Below are positions 37,418 to 47,163 of a stretch of DNA of 64,000 nucleotides, piece by piece (position 1 is the first letter of the stretch; every line of letters begins with the position of its first letter). Both the position numbers and the translations under genes were made by a program. This DNA is from Candidatus Bathyarchaeota archaeon (lineage in GTDB: Archaea > Thermoproteota > Bathyarchaeia > Bathyarchaeales > Bathycorpusculaceae): the NCBI GenBank assembly GCA_963833575.1, contig CAWHXY010000007.1, forward strand, positions 352,001 to 416,000, read 5' to 3'. The notes below the pieces were generated by a model. The model was not told the DNA's origin. It made no database searches and worked only from the letters and a program-made list of their open reading frames with translations.

Positions 37418-40297
37418 TTATGGGTGCTTTCTTAGCATTGACAGTACTACTAGAGCTAGGACTATAATTATTAAGACAAATAGTCCAGCGATTGCAGGGA
37501 CAAAGTATGCGTCAGCGACAGATGTTGGCGTTGATGTAGGTGCTGCAGTTGCTGTTTGGGCTGGATCGACGACAAAGCTTGTTGCAGCGGATGATGGCCA
37601 GTAACCTGCTGTGCCTGCAAAGGTTGCAGTAACTGTATAGTTGCCTGAAATAGTAGGTTTCCATGCTAAGCTGAACATGCCTCTTGCGTCTGTTGTTGCA
37701 GTGCCAATGTTATAGTTGTTGCCATTGGAATCAGTTACAGCTACTGTGACCGGAACGCCTGTGAAGTTGGTTGGCAATGGTTGCTGCTGGTAGATATATC
37801 CCATCCAGTCACTCATGATCGCATCTGATGCAACTGGAATTCCGTTGGGGAAGTCAGCTGTTTGTTGAGTTTGCTTTGTGCCAGTGGAAATATCTGTGAC
37901 CATGCCGCGAATTACTACGCTCTGTCCTGAGTCTAAGCCTGCGTTTGGTGCTGTAACGGTTGTTTGACTTGGTCCTCTGCCTAAAGTGTAGATTTGTCCA
38001 TCATACCCGTTGAAGAACGTTGTGTATCCATCAGCGATAACGTAACTCATTGTTGTGAATTCGCTTGTGTAATCTGAAATTGTCCAGATTTCTGCACCTG
38101 TTGTGGCATTAATTGCTCGTGCTAATGCGCCTTTGTAGATCGGGTCGATTACAGTGTGCTCAGTTGTAACTAAGTAAATCACGCCGTTGCTGCCAACTGC
38201 TTGAATGAATGTTGGATAGTCGCCGTAAGGTGTGTTAAATCCTGCGAGAGTGCTGTTGCCGGGTGTGTTGCTGTTACCGTATGTCCATTCTAGCTGTCCA
38301 TTTGAATCATTGTAGCAGTATACTGTTCCGCCGAATGCACTTGTGTATAGGTTGCCAAAGGCAATTTGTCCACAGAATTCGTTTGGTGCTGTTTGGCCAT
38401 AGTAGTCAAGTGCTTCCATAGCTGGAGTTGGACCCCATATCTTTTGTCCTGTTGTGAGGCTGTATCCTATCCAACTTAAGGTTTCATAGTTTTCTTCTAT
38501 GAAGACGTTAGTCGTCGGGTCGACTCCGGCGTAGTAAACAGTGACGTTGTTTGCTGGTGGTTGTAGTGTGTTTATCCATTGGAATGCGCCAATTTGGCCT
38601 GCAGATGGGTTAAGGTTGAATGACATGTAGGTATAAGGTGTATAGGCACCTGCTCCAGTGAAGCTTCCTGGTGATGCTGGCTGAGTTCCGTTAAGAGTAA
38701 GGAGCACATTGTTGTACATTCCTGCGATCACTGATGGTGTTGGTCCGTTGGGGTTGTTTAGCTGGGGTATTGAAACGTTCCAGTCATAAGTGCACTCTGA
38801 TGGGTACTGAGTAGAGTTTAATACACCGTGAGTGACCGGGTCAATTATGACTTGGTTGAATCCTATGTTTGCTTGAACAGTGAGCACTGGATATGGAGTG
38901 GCTGCTTGGTTGGATGCTGGGAATATTGTAGTTAAGGCTGTTGGGGTGCTTGCGTTGATGATTGCGGGTGAAACGCTTCCTGCGCCTGTGAATGGGTTAA
39001 TGTCGTATTGCCAGATGCGTGATGAATTCCATTCTGCTAAGTACCAGTTTGGATTTGCGGTTGTGCCTTTGTTCTGTAGTACGTATCGTAGTTGTTCGCC
39101 TGATGGACCTGCTGCGACGTAGCCTGTTGGAACACCAGTCACATTAAACAGGTTGGTTCCAGTGAATCCATCGACCATCATCCATAAAGATCCGCTTGGG
39201 CAGATGAGTATCGGTGGGAACGTTCCGTGTTCGTCAGGACTCCAGAGGTTTTCTATGTAGCCGAATGATGGCGCGGGTAATGTGTTGCTTGTCCATACAA
39301 CTTGCCCTGTTTCGAGATTAAGGGCTGTCAATGGACCATAGCTTGGTGCATCGAATCCTAATGGTGCCATGTAGTAGAGTATTCCATCCATTATTATTGG
39401 GTTAGTGAAGCGCTGCTCGTATGCTGTTCCTTCGTAGTAGCCGACTCCTTGGCCGTTTCCTGGGTACGCTCCGCCAGAATAGTACTGGTTGCCTCCGACG
39501 ACTCCGCCGCTTTGAATTGGCTTTGTCCACACTACGTGGCTAGTCAGTGATCCTATGGCGTCGCCTGGATTGCGATTCATGATTGCTCCCCATGAGCCCA
39601 TTGGTGGTCCCGTAGAGAAAGCTGAGACTGCACCTGAACCTACTGCTGGGTTGACTGCTGAGCCTGCGCCTAGCCAGTTTGAGGATATTGTCCACCAGTC
39701 AGTGTTTTCGCCGTAGATTGGACGTGTCCAATATGCAGATGGAAGCGGTGAGCTGCCTATGGATGTTGTAATTGGTTCTGATTGTACTGTAAGTGTTGTT
39801 GTTGCGCTGCTTGGTAGATATGTGTCGTTGACTAGTCCACTGTTGGGATTACCGTTGCTTGCTGTGTATGTTTGTCCTGGGAAGTTAAATATTAAGGTGT
39901 ATGTGCCAGTTTGGTCGGGAGTGAAACTAGTGATTTGGTTGGATGTAGTGTCTGAAATAGTATCGAAAATTGTTGTTTTAACAGTGCCATCTGGAGCAAC
40001 GATGGTGAAATTGTAGTTGTGGAATCTGTAGTTGTTGGATAATAGTGCATAGCTGCTTGCGTCACCTATGCCTACTCCGAAGATTTGGTTGAGCCACATG
40101 AAAACGTTAACTGATTGGCCGACACCGATTGGATCAGGATGAACGGAAATGTAAGCATACGTTGGAATCTGGTATCCAGGATTGTGTGCGCTAACTTTTG
40201 GCATAAGACATATGGAAGCTGTCATTGAAAGAGTTAAGAATATTACTAATGCGATAGTAGTGGTTTTATTTTTAGAAATGCTCAAAATATTTGACAT
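37418..40297 (-). CDS. Large surface protein with PQQ-type beta-propeller repeats and C-terminal membrane anchor
   Basis: Signal peptide; PDPIGVGQ Ig-like domain; repeated TGQ..W / TGAEIW blade motifs; Thr/Ala linker plus TM and RK; AGGAGA RBS before ATG 40297. Confidence 0.9.
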   Translation of the reverse strand: MSNILSISKNKTTTIALVIFLTLSMTASICLMPKVSAHNPGYQIPTYAYISVHPDPIGVGQSVNVFMWLNQIFGVGIGDASSYALLSNNYRFHNYNFTIVAPDGTVKTTIFDTISDTTSNQITSFTPDQTGTYTLIFNFPGQTYTASNGNPNSGLVNDTYLPSSATTTLTVQSEPITTSIGSSPLPSAYWTRPIYGENTDWWTISSNWLGAGSAVNPAVGSGAVSAFSTGPPMGSWGAIMNRNPGDAIGSLTSHVVWTKPIQSGGVVGGNQYYSGGAYPGNGQGVGYYEGTAYEQRFTNPIIMDGILYYMAPLGFDAPSYGPLTALNLETGQVVWTSNTLPAPSFGYIENLWSPDEHGTFPPILICPSGSLWMMVDGFTGTNLFNVTGVPTGYVAAGPSGEQLRYVLQNKGTTANPNWYLAEWNSSRIWQYDINPFTGAGSVSPAIINASTPTALTTIFPASNQAATPYPVLTVQANIGFNQVIIDPVTHGVLNSTQYPSECTYDWNVSIPQLNNPNGPTPSVIAGMYNNVLLTLNGTQPASPGSFTGAGAYTPYTYMSFNLNPSAGQIGAFQWINTLQPPANNVTVYYAGVDPTTNVFIEENYETLSWIGYSLTTGQKIWGPTPAMEALDYYGQTAPNEFCGQIAFGNLYTSAFGGTVYCYNDSNGQLEWTYGNSNTPGNSTLAGFNTPYGDYPTFIQAVGSNGVIYLVTTEHTVIDPIYKGALARAINATTGAEIWTISDYTSEFTTMSYVIADGYTTFFNGYDGQIYTLGRGPSQTTVTAPNAGLDSGQSVVIRGMVTDISTGTKQTQQTADFPNGIPVASDAIMSDWMGYIYQQQPLPTNFTGVPVTVAVTDSNGNNYNIGTATTDARGMFSLAWKPTISGNYTVTATFAGTAGYWPSSAATSFVVDPAQTATAAPTSTPTSVADAYFVPAIAGLFVLIIIVLALVVLSMLRKHP

Positions 40298-40531
40298 TCT
40301 TTTTTCTCCTTTTTGGGTAATCAACGGATCTCTGTTTCATATTTAAAACTTCTCAAAAATGTTCATACTAGCCTACAGAATAGCTTTTTTTCATAAAAAA
40401 AAGAAAAAATATAAGATCAGTGTTAACCAAAAACTCAAAACTCGACAAATAAAGAACAAAAATAATCTGAATCTAAATATAACGAAAAACGTAATTAGCA
40501 AGTATTTGCGTGACCCGAACCTTATTGCCAG

Positions 40532-40606
40532 TGGACCGGGCGGGATTTGAACCCGCGGCTTCCGCGTTGCGAACGCGGCGATCATACCGAGCTGATCTAC
40601 CGGCCC
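40532..40606 (-). tRNA. tRNA-Ala(CGC), intron-less, CCA not encoded
   Basis: GGGCCGGTAGATCAGCTCGGTATGATCGCCGCGTTCGCAACGCGGAAGCCGCGGGTTCAAATCCCGCCCGGTCCA; G3:U70 pair; anticodon arm CCGCG-TT-CGC-AA-CGCGG. Confidence 0.97.
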
Positions 40607-40662
40607 ATCAAAGCTTTCTGAAAAAGTACCTTTGTGAGAACATTTAGAGCTTTCGGTTAAGC

Positions 40663-40839
40663 TTATTCTTCTCCATACCCATGTTCAATTCTGCCATGAG
40701 TTCTCTGGTAAGATGACTCATGTTCTCCTTTGATGTTGCCAAAACAGTTCATGTGTTTTTGCAAATCCGCTGGTGTTAAGAATATGCAAGCGCAGTGACG
40801 ACACTTGTAGAATTTATTGTTGTTTTTTTCTTCCGCCAA
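40663..40839 (-). CDS. 58-aa C2H2-type zinc-finger microprotein (not in ORF track)
   Basis: MAEEKNNNKFYKCRHCACIFLTPADLQKHMNCFG...; fits Y-x-C-x2-C-x3-F-x5-L-x2-H; TTG start 14 nt after the ileS stop. Confidence 0.75.
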   Translation of the reverse strand: MAEEKNNNKFYKCRHCACIFLTPADLQKHMNCFGNIKGEHESSYQRTHGRIEHGYGEE

Positions 40840-40853
40840 TTTTTCCGCCTTAT

Positions 40854-43800
40854 TCAGTGTATGTTAATGAATATTTTTTTGCCGTCTAATTCGGATTCAT
40901 GCCATTCTGAATCGTGTTCTTCGTCTCGGCTGTTGTGCAAATACACTTTTCTTGTTCTCACCAATCCAGCCATAACTTCCAAATATGGTTCTAAGAGAGG
41001 GATGCTTTCAGCATCTAACTCGGCAATGTGAACAGATTCTAAAACATCTGTTGGGGTGAACCCCATTTCTTTTCGGAGTGCTTGAACGCGACGGGCTAAA
41101 TCACGCATGATGCCCTCGCCTAGAAGAGTGTCGTCCCTTTGACCACTTACGAATACCGTTACTTCGTCTTCTTGGCTGGAAACCCAGTTTTCCCCTCCTA
41201 CATACTCGGGAACTTGCTCTGCGTATTCTGCTGTTTTCACGTTTATCTGTTCTAAGAATAAACCTTCGAGAGACTTGATGGCGTCTAAAGTTTTTTGTGG
41301 GGCAACAACGATTGCTTTACTCAGTGGCCAGCGACGTTTGAGTTTTCCTGTTTGTCTTGCTGCATAAGATATTGAAACAGCCTGAAGCAGAATGTCAAAT
41401 TGTTCTTCGAGGGGTTTGTTTCGGATTTTCTCGTTAGGTGTAGGCCATGAAGCAAGGTTAACTGTTTCTGGCAATTCAGGTTCCAGTTGCCTGTAAACTT
41501 TCTGATAAAGTGCCTCACAAAGGAATGGCGTGACGGGGTTGAAGAGCAATGTCACCGTTTTCAACGTGTGATGTAATAGCGCGTAGATCGTTTGGCGTCT
41601 TTCAAAGGTTTCAGGTTCGTCGGTCCAAAGTTCTTTGCGTATCATGGGGACATATAGCCTGCTTAATGTTTCAATCACGAAATCATCTAGCACCGCTACT
41701 GCAGCGTTAAATTCACACCGTTCAAGCTTACTTGTGTAATCTTCAATTTTCTCTTGCAGTTTAGACAGAAGCCAAAGGTCTGCTGGTTGAAGCCTGTTTG
41801 CCTCAAAAGCCCCTTGCATTGTGTATGTTTTAGGGTCGAACTCGTCGAAGGTAGCGTTCTCCATAAAGAACCTGCTTAAATGATAAAGCGTTGACAAGAC
41901 TTGGTATGAGCGACGGTTTAGTTCTTGCATATCAAAATTCATAAAATCAATAGGTGAGCATTTACGCATCATGTAAAAGCGGCACAGGTCAGCGGAGTTC
42001 TTCTCAAGCAGCTTGTTTGTTTCAACTACGTTTCCTAAGCTTTTGCTCATTTTTCTGCCTTTTGAATCCTGCGTTAAACCTTGAAACAGAAACGCTCTGT
42101 AGGGCGCAATTGGTTTTCCTGTTAACACCACATATTCAAGCAGTAACGAGTTTGCCCATCCGCGGGTTTGATCGATTCCTTCTGTCAAAAAGGCTGTTGG
42201 CACAAACCTTTCAACTTCCTCATCAGTGAAGCGCGCGTAAGGTGAAGCGCCACTGTTATGCCAAGTGTCCAGAACAAAGTCTTCTCGCTTCATGGATCCG
42301 CCGCATTTTTCACATTTGAAAGTGATTCTGTCAACCCAAGGTTTATGCAACTCAAAGTCTTCTGGAATCGGTTCTTGAGCATTCTCTAGCAGTTCTTTCT
42401 TGCTACCGACTATACGCTTGTTGCCACATTTTTCGCATGCCCATATGGGAAGGGGTGTACCCCAGATACGTTCTCGACTTATGCACCATGGTTTTCCTTC
42501 CTTCAAAAACCCAAGAAACCGATTTTTAGGCTCTTCAAAGAAATACTCAACTTTTCCAGCTGCCTCAAGCACTTTACTGTTTAGCTTGTCGGTGCGCAAA
42601 AAGTACTCTTTTCGTGCTAGCCAAACAAGTTTGTGGTGGGAACGCCAGCATGTTGGATATTCATGTTTGATTTTTGTCACTTTGACGAAACTGTTTTTGT
42701 TGCGCAGTTCCTCAACAACTAACATATCAGCTTCTCTTGCGAAAACACCGACAAATATTCCCGCGTCTTTGGTAAATTTTACCTCGTCATCGTAGGGAGC
42801 AAAAATGGGAACGCCTCTTCTTTGTGCTACCCAAAAATCATCTTCACCGTTTCCTGGCGAAAGATGCACTACACCAGTTGCTGTTTCAACATCAACAAAG
42901 TCTTCCGCCACAACTTTATGCACTAGAGGATGCTTGGTTTCAAGTTCAGCTTGTTTAGGAATTAAGTCTTTTAGGGGGTAATCGTAGGCCGTTCCTTCCA
43001 GGGTCTTGCCCAGCATTGTTTCGGTGACTTGATACTTAATTATTTCAAGTTCTTGCATGACAGGGTCAACACGTTGTTTCATCATTATCCATGTTTCGTC
43101 GCCGACTTTCACTTTCACGTATTCGGCATCTGGCTTAACTGCAAGCATAGTGTCGGTTATGATTGTGAAGGGCATGGTTGTCCAAATGAGGAAAAACTCG
43201 TTTTTGCTTCCTGAAACTTTGAATTTAAAATAGACAGATGGATCTTCAACTTCTTTGTAGCTGCCTTCATAACCAACTTCTGCGCTGCTTAGAGAGGTTT
43301 GGCAGCCGGGGCAATACGCTACCACATAATGTCCTTCTTCGAGGAGGTTTTGATCCCATGCACGTTTGAGAATTTGCCATTCCCGCTCAATGTAACTGTC
43401 TTTGTAGGTCCAATAAGCCTTGTCTTGATTAATGAAAACGCCGAGGTTTCCATCGGCCTCAAGCCACATGGCGTGGTAACGCATGATGGCTTTCTTGCAT
43501 TCCTCTATAAAACGTTCCATTCCATACTTCTCAATGGATTCACGTTTGTTTCTGACTCCAAGAAGCTTCTCAACCTCCAACTCCACTGGTAAGCCTTGGC
43601 AATCCCATCCAGCCCAAAAAGGCATGTAATAGCCTTCCATGGTTTTCCATCGATACCGAATATCCTTCATTATTCTACCGCGGGCATGCCCAATATGCGG
43701 GATACCGTTCAAAGTTGGTGGCCCTTCTACGTAACCTAAAATGTCTTTTGCATTTTTCTCTAAAAGCTCAAGTTTCTCTCTAATCTTGTTTTTTACCCAG

Positions 43801-43886
43801 AACTCTCGCATTTCTTTTTCTAACGCAAGCGGAGCATAATTTGTTTGTAAATTTGAGTTTGAATCGGCTTCTTTGGTGGCAGTCAC
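40854..43886 (-). CDS. ileS: Isoleucine--tRNA ligase
   Basis: EGPPTLNGIPHIGH, GWDCQGLPVE, WTTMPFT, GVVHLSPGNGEDD, WCISRER.WGTPLP, EGIDQTRGW, KMSKS. Confidence 0.96.
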   Translation of the reverse strand: MTATKEADSNSNLQTNYAPLALEKEMREFWVKNKIREKLELLEKNAKDILGYVEGPPTLNGIPHIGHARGRIMKDIRYRWKTMEGYYMPFWAGWDCQGLPVELEVEKLLGVRNKRESIEKYGMERFIEECKKAIMRYHAMWLEADGNLGVFINQDKAYWTYKDSYIEREWQILKRAWDQNLLEEGHYVVAYCPGCQTSLSSAEVGYEGSYKEVEDPSVYFKFKVSGSKNEFFLIWTTMPFTIITDTMLAVKPDAEYVKVKVGDETWIMMKQRVDPVMQELEIIKYQVTETMLGKTLEGTAYDYPLKDLIPKQAELETKHPLVHKVVAEDFVDVETATGVVHLSPGNGEDDFWVAQRRGVPIFAPYDDEVKFTKDAGIFVGVFAREADMLVVEELRNKNSFVKVTKIKHEYPTCWRSHHKLVWLARKEYFLRTDKLNSKVLEAAGKVEYFFEEPKNRFLGFLKEGKPWCISRERIWGTPLPIWACEKCGNKRIVGSKKELLENAQEPIPEDFELHKPWVDRITFKCEKCGGSMKREDFVLDTWHNSGASPYARFTDEEVERFVPTAFLTEGIDQTRGWANSLLLEYVVLTGKPIAPYRAFLFQGLTQDSKGRKMSKSLGNVVETNKLLEKNSADLCRFYMMRKCSPIDFMNFDMQELNRRSYQVLSTLYHLSRFFMENATFDEFDPKTYTMQGAFEANRLQPADLWLLSKLQEKIEDYTSKLERCEFNAAVAVLDDFVIETLSRLYVPMIRKELWTDEPETFERRQTIYALLHHTLKTVTLLFNPVTPFLCEALYQKVYRQLEPELPETVNLASWPTPNEKIRNKPLEEQFDILLQAVSISYAARQTGKLKRRWPLSKAIVVAPQKTLDAIKSLEGLFLEQINVKTAEYAEQVPEYVGGENWVSSQEDEVTVFVSGQRDDTLLGEGIMRDLARRVQALRKEMGFTPTDVLESVHIAELDAESIPLLEPYLEVMAGLVRTRKVYLHNSRDEEHDSEWHESELDGKKIFINIH

Positions 43887-44071
43887 TTTTCATCCCGTAC
43901 CGCAAAATAGGCTAAAAGACTATATAAAAGTATTAAGGATACAAAATCGATTGCCCTGAAGGTATTAACTTATTTTCTGTTCTTAAAAACTTGCATTAAT
44001 TAAAAATCTCTAACAAACTAACTTATATGTAAAAATAAGTTAACAATAGCTAACTAATAGGAAGTGCGCAA

Positions 44072-45262
44072 ATGGATAAGTTTCGGTTAGCCGTCTTCAA
44101 CACTCAGCCGCCTCACCTGTACTTTGGAGGTGTAGAAAGACGTATAATCGAAACTACAAAACGGCTCAGCAGCCAAGCAGAGATTACAGTTTATAGCGGC
44201 ACCAAAGCAGGCTTCAAACAACCCACCATAATTAATGACATAAGTTTGGTTCCGCTTTATTCAACAGACAGAATCTTCCCTTTAGACAACTGGTTCTTCA
44301 ACAGAACCCTGTCAAAAAAAGGCGGTGCTATCAAAGCTAATGTTTTTGAGGCGCATGCAGTAAGCGGCTATGGATTAATCAAAACGCTGAACGAACAAGG
44401 CAACAAAAAACCATTCATCCACACAATTCACGGCGTGCTCGCTGACGAATACGAACAGGCGAAGAAAAACGGTTATGACTCACTCAGAGGCAGGATTGCG
44501 AATTATTTTATGGCAAGGCTTGCCAAACAAGAAGCTGAAACAGCAAAAAACGCAACGTTAATTGTAACAATAAGCAGGTATTCGCTTGAGAAAATGAAGC
44601 ACTTCTACAATGTTGATGAATGGAAAGTTCGGATTGTTCCAAACGGCGTTGACACAGAAAAATTTAAACCCCTGTTAGATAGAGATGCGGCAAAAAGACA
44701 ATTCGGACTACGGAATGAGCCTTGCGTGCTTTTTGTCGGCAGTTTAATCCGCAGAAAGGGATTACCTTTCCTAGTTGAAGCCGCAAAAAAAATAGTCAAA
44801 GAACAACCCGAAACACAATTTCTAATTGCCGGCGAAGGACCACTAAGAAACAAGTGGGAAAAGTCTATTGGCTCAGCAAATCTTTCTAGGAACTTCAAGT
44901 TTTTAGGCAAACTCAATGACGAGAAACTACCAGCCTTATATGGATGCGCTGACGTTTTTGCATTGCCATCAATTCAGGAAGGCCAAGGAATAGTGCTACT
45001 TGAAGCGCAAGCCTGCGCTAAACCGGTAGTGGCTTTTAACATTGGCGGAGTTAACGAAGCTGTTCGAAACGGAGAAACTGGTTTGCTTGTTAAGTTGGGC
45101 GACACTGAAGAGTTTGCAGATGCACTGTTGAAACTCATTTCAGATAAGGTTCTACAACAAAAGATGGGAGCTGTGGGACGCAGGTTTGTGGTGGAAAACT
45201 TTACGTGGGATATTTGTGCTCAAAAAATGCTGAGAGTTTACCATGAAGCTTTGTCAGCATGA
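44072..45262 (+). CDS. Glycosyltransferase family 4
   Basis: GGVER, TIHG, VPNGVD, FVGSL..RKG, EGQGIVLLEAQA. Confidence 0.92.
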   Translation: MDKFRLAVFNTQPPHLYFGGVERRIIETTKRLSSQAEITVYSGTKAGFKQPTIINDISLVPLYSTDRIFPLDNWFFNRTLSKKGGAIKANVFEAHAVSGYGLIKTLNEQGNKKPFIHTIHGVLADEYEQAKKNGYDSLRGRIANYFMARLAKQEAETAKNATLIVTISRYSLEKMKHFYNVDEWKVRIVPNGVDTEKFKPLLDRDAAKRQFGLRNEPCVLFVGSLIRRKGLPFLVEAAKKIVKEQPETQFLIAGEGPLRNKWEKSIGSANLSRNFKFLGKLNDEKLPALYGCADVFALPSIQEGQGIVLLEAQACAKPVVAFNIGGVNEAVRNGETGLLVKLGDTEEFADALLKLISDKVLQQKMGAVGRRFVVENFTWDICAQKMLRVYHEALSA

Positions 45263-45778
45263 AACGTTTATTGACTTTGCCAGGCGCTTAAAGTCATAAT
45301 CGCTCATCCATTCAGTTCTCAGGTAGCAACAAATTCGCTCTTCACTTAGTCCAATACGTCTTGCTTCTTGAATGCAATAACCGTAAGCTTCAATTTCGGT
45401 GGGGCGATCCACATAATCATACTTTGGGTCAAAGAGTTCTTTTCCCTCCATAAACTGCTTAACGTGGCAAAGCTCATGAATCAAGTCAAGATAAATGTCT
45501 GTTTTGTCGCCATTGTTGAGGTAGCCTTTGCTAATGACAAGGTGTCCATCTGAACCGTCCACATACATGTAGCCAAAAACCCAGCTGATCTCAACTGTTA
45601 AGTGGCTAAGAACTTCATGGGTCTTCTCACCGAAAATTCCTTTTACTGCTTCAACTTTCTCGAAGCTTTTGAAATACTCGGAGAAAATTACTTTCCGATT
45701 TCCAAAGCCAAGTATGTTAATTGGAAGTTTCCTGAATAAGCGCAATATCCTAAACATTGCGAACTCCATTGCCGTCAA
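45254..45778 (-). CDS. Hypothetical protein with HExxH (zincin-like) motif; start uncertain
   Basis: LIHELCHVKQ...YVDRPTEIEAY. Confidence 0.75.
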   Translation of the reverse strand: MTAMEFAMFRILRLFRKLPINILGFGNRKVIFSEYFKSFEKVEAVKGIFGEKTHEVLSHLTVEISWVFGYMYVDGSDGHLVISKGYLNNGDKTDIYLDLIHELCHVKQFMEGKELFDPKYDYVDRPTEIEAYGYCIQEARRIGLSEERICCYLRTEWMSDYDFKRLAKSINVSC

Positions 45779-45793
45779 AGCCTACACTAACTC

Positions 45794-47158
45794 CTACTTG
45801 AAAGATGATAGATACTCAAGTTTCATCCCACGATGGGCTAAGTCTGGGAGGTCATCTACGCTACCTATGCTGGCGTCGATATTGCGGTGGATTGGGTGGC
45901 TCCATATGCCTCCGGGTGCAAGGTTAAACTGCAAGGGAACATCTACTTTTATGCCGTATCTTTCAGTCAGATTTTTAATTAATTTTCCCTCTCGGCAGGC
46001 TATGCGGCCAGATTTGTAACTCTGAAGAAGCTGTGGAGCTGCAAAGGCGCCTACACCATGCCAAACTGTCGCGTCCTCTGGGGAACCTATCGAGTATAAG
46101 AAGAATTGGGGGGAAGAGGGTGTTTCAGAAAAACTGTAATCAGATAGTTTTTCGCCAGGCACTGTGAAGTTGTCATCACAAATTGCAACGGCTATGTCTT
46201 CGGGATCCATGGCGTTAGGGTAAAGTTTGGTGGTTTTGTATTTGACAGTTGCATCAAGCAATTTCCCGTTTTCAAAGTGTAGTTTTCCGCGGGCAGCCCG
46301 TTTAGAACCAAACCCCTTTCTTGAATGCGGTATCGTCAAAAGCGTGGTGCGTTTACTCATGCTGCGCCCCATGCAGGTGTACGCCTCCTCGATTGATGCA
46401 TAATCGCGGTTACTTTCTTGAATTATGTAATGCAGCAAACCGTCTTTATTCTCTGTTTTCAAGGTTGAAAGTGGCATCCGCAATGTGTAGAGCGAAAGGT
46501 CCATTCCAAAGAATGCAGACAAATCGTTCAGCTGGCCGTATTTGATGGAATCTACGAGGTCAAGGTATGAACCGTTGCTGTCTCTGAGGCTTTCTGTGAT
46601 GAGCGTGCCTTCTTTTTGTGATATTAAGCTGCCATCATATTTTTTGAGGTATACTTCGTCGATTTTGAGCTGGTCAGTTTTGACGTTAGCTGCTGGAAAC
46701 GCACTTTGTCCACTATCCACGATTGATTGTTTAAGTGGATTCATCGAGTAACGGTCCGGCTCTACATCATCCGTGTTTAAAAGAAAAGGCACTATGTAGC
46801 CTTGCGTGGGCTTTTTCAGCAATTCTGCAAGCGAAATTATGTCTCCCGCGTCTGGCTCATGCAAACCACGCTCATAAAAATAGTTGGCGCAAGTTTCAAG
46901 CAGCCGAGTACCGACTATCCCTTGAACTTCCTCAACTGTCAACTGTGGATTAGTATATTCAACTGAGCCTCGCAAAAAAAACCGTTCATCACAAAAGGGA
47001 AAAGAAACTTTTTTGCCGTTAACATAACGGAACAATGTAACTTTTCGGTTGCTATTTTGGCCCTTCGAAGAAGCGGCTCCTTCAACTAAAGTCTTAACTG
47101 TTGAAAAAGAAGTCTTCAAAAAATCCTCTAGCAGAAATTTGCAGTAATCTTCACTCAT
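45794..47158 (-). CDS. Hypothetical protein (454 aa)
   Basis: Long ORF tightly coupled to its neighbours; no recognisable domain. Confidence 0.85.
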   Translation of the reverse strand: MSEDYCKFLLEDFLKTSFSTVKTLVEGAASSKGQNSNRKVTLFRYVNGKKVSFPFCDERFFLRGSVEYTNPQLTVEEVQGIVGTRLLETCANYFYERGLHEPDAGDIISLAELLKKPTQGYIVPFLLNTDDVEPDRYSMNPLKQSIVDSGQSAFPAANVKTDQLKIDEVYLKKYDGSLISQKEGTLITESLRDSNGSYLDLVDSIKYGQLNDLSAFFGMDLSLYTLRMPLSTLKTENKDGLLHYIIQESNRDYASIEEAYTCMGRSMSKRTTLLTIPHSRKGFGSKRAARGKLHFENGKLLDATVKYKTTKLYPNAMDPEDIAVAICDDNFTVPGEKLSDYSFSETPSSPQFFLYSIGSPEDATVWHGVGAFAAPQLLQSYKSGRIACREGKLIKNLTERYGIKVDVPLQFNLAPGGIWSHPIHRNIDASIGSVDDLPDLAHRGMKLEYLSSFK

Positions 47159-47163
47159 AAATT

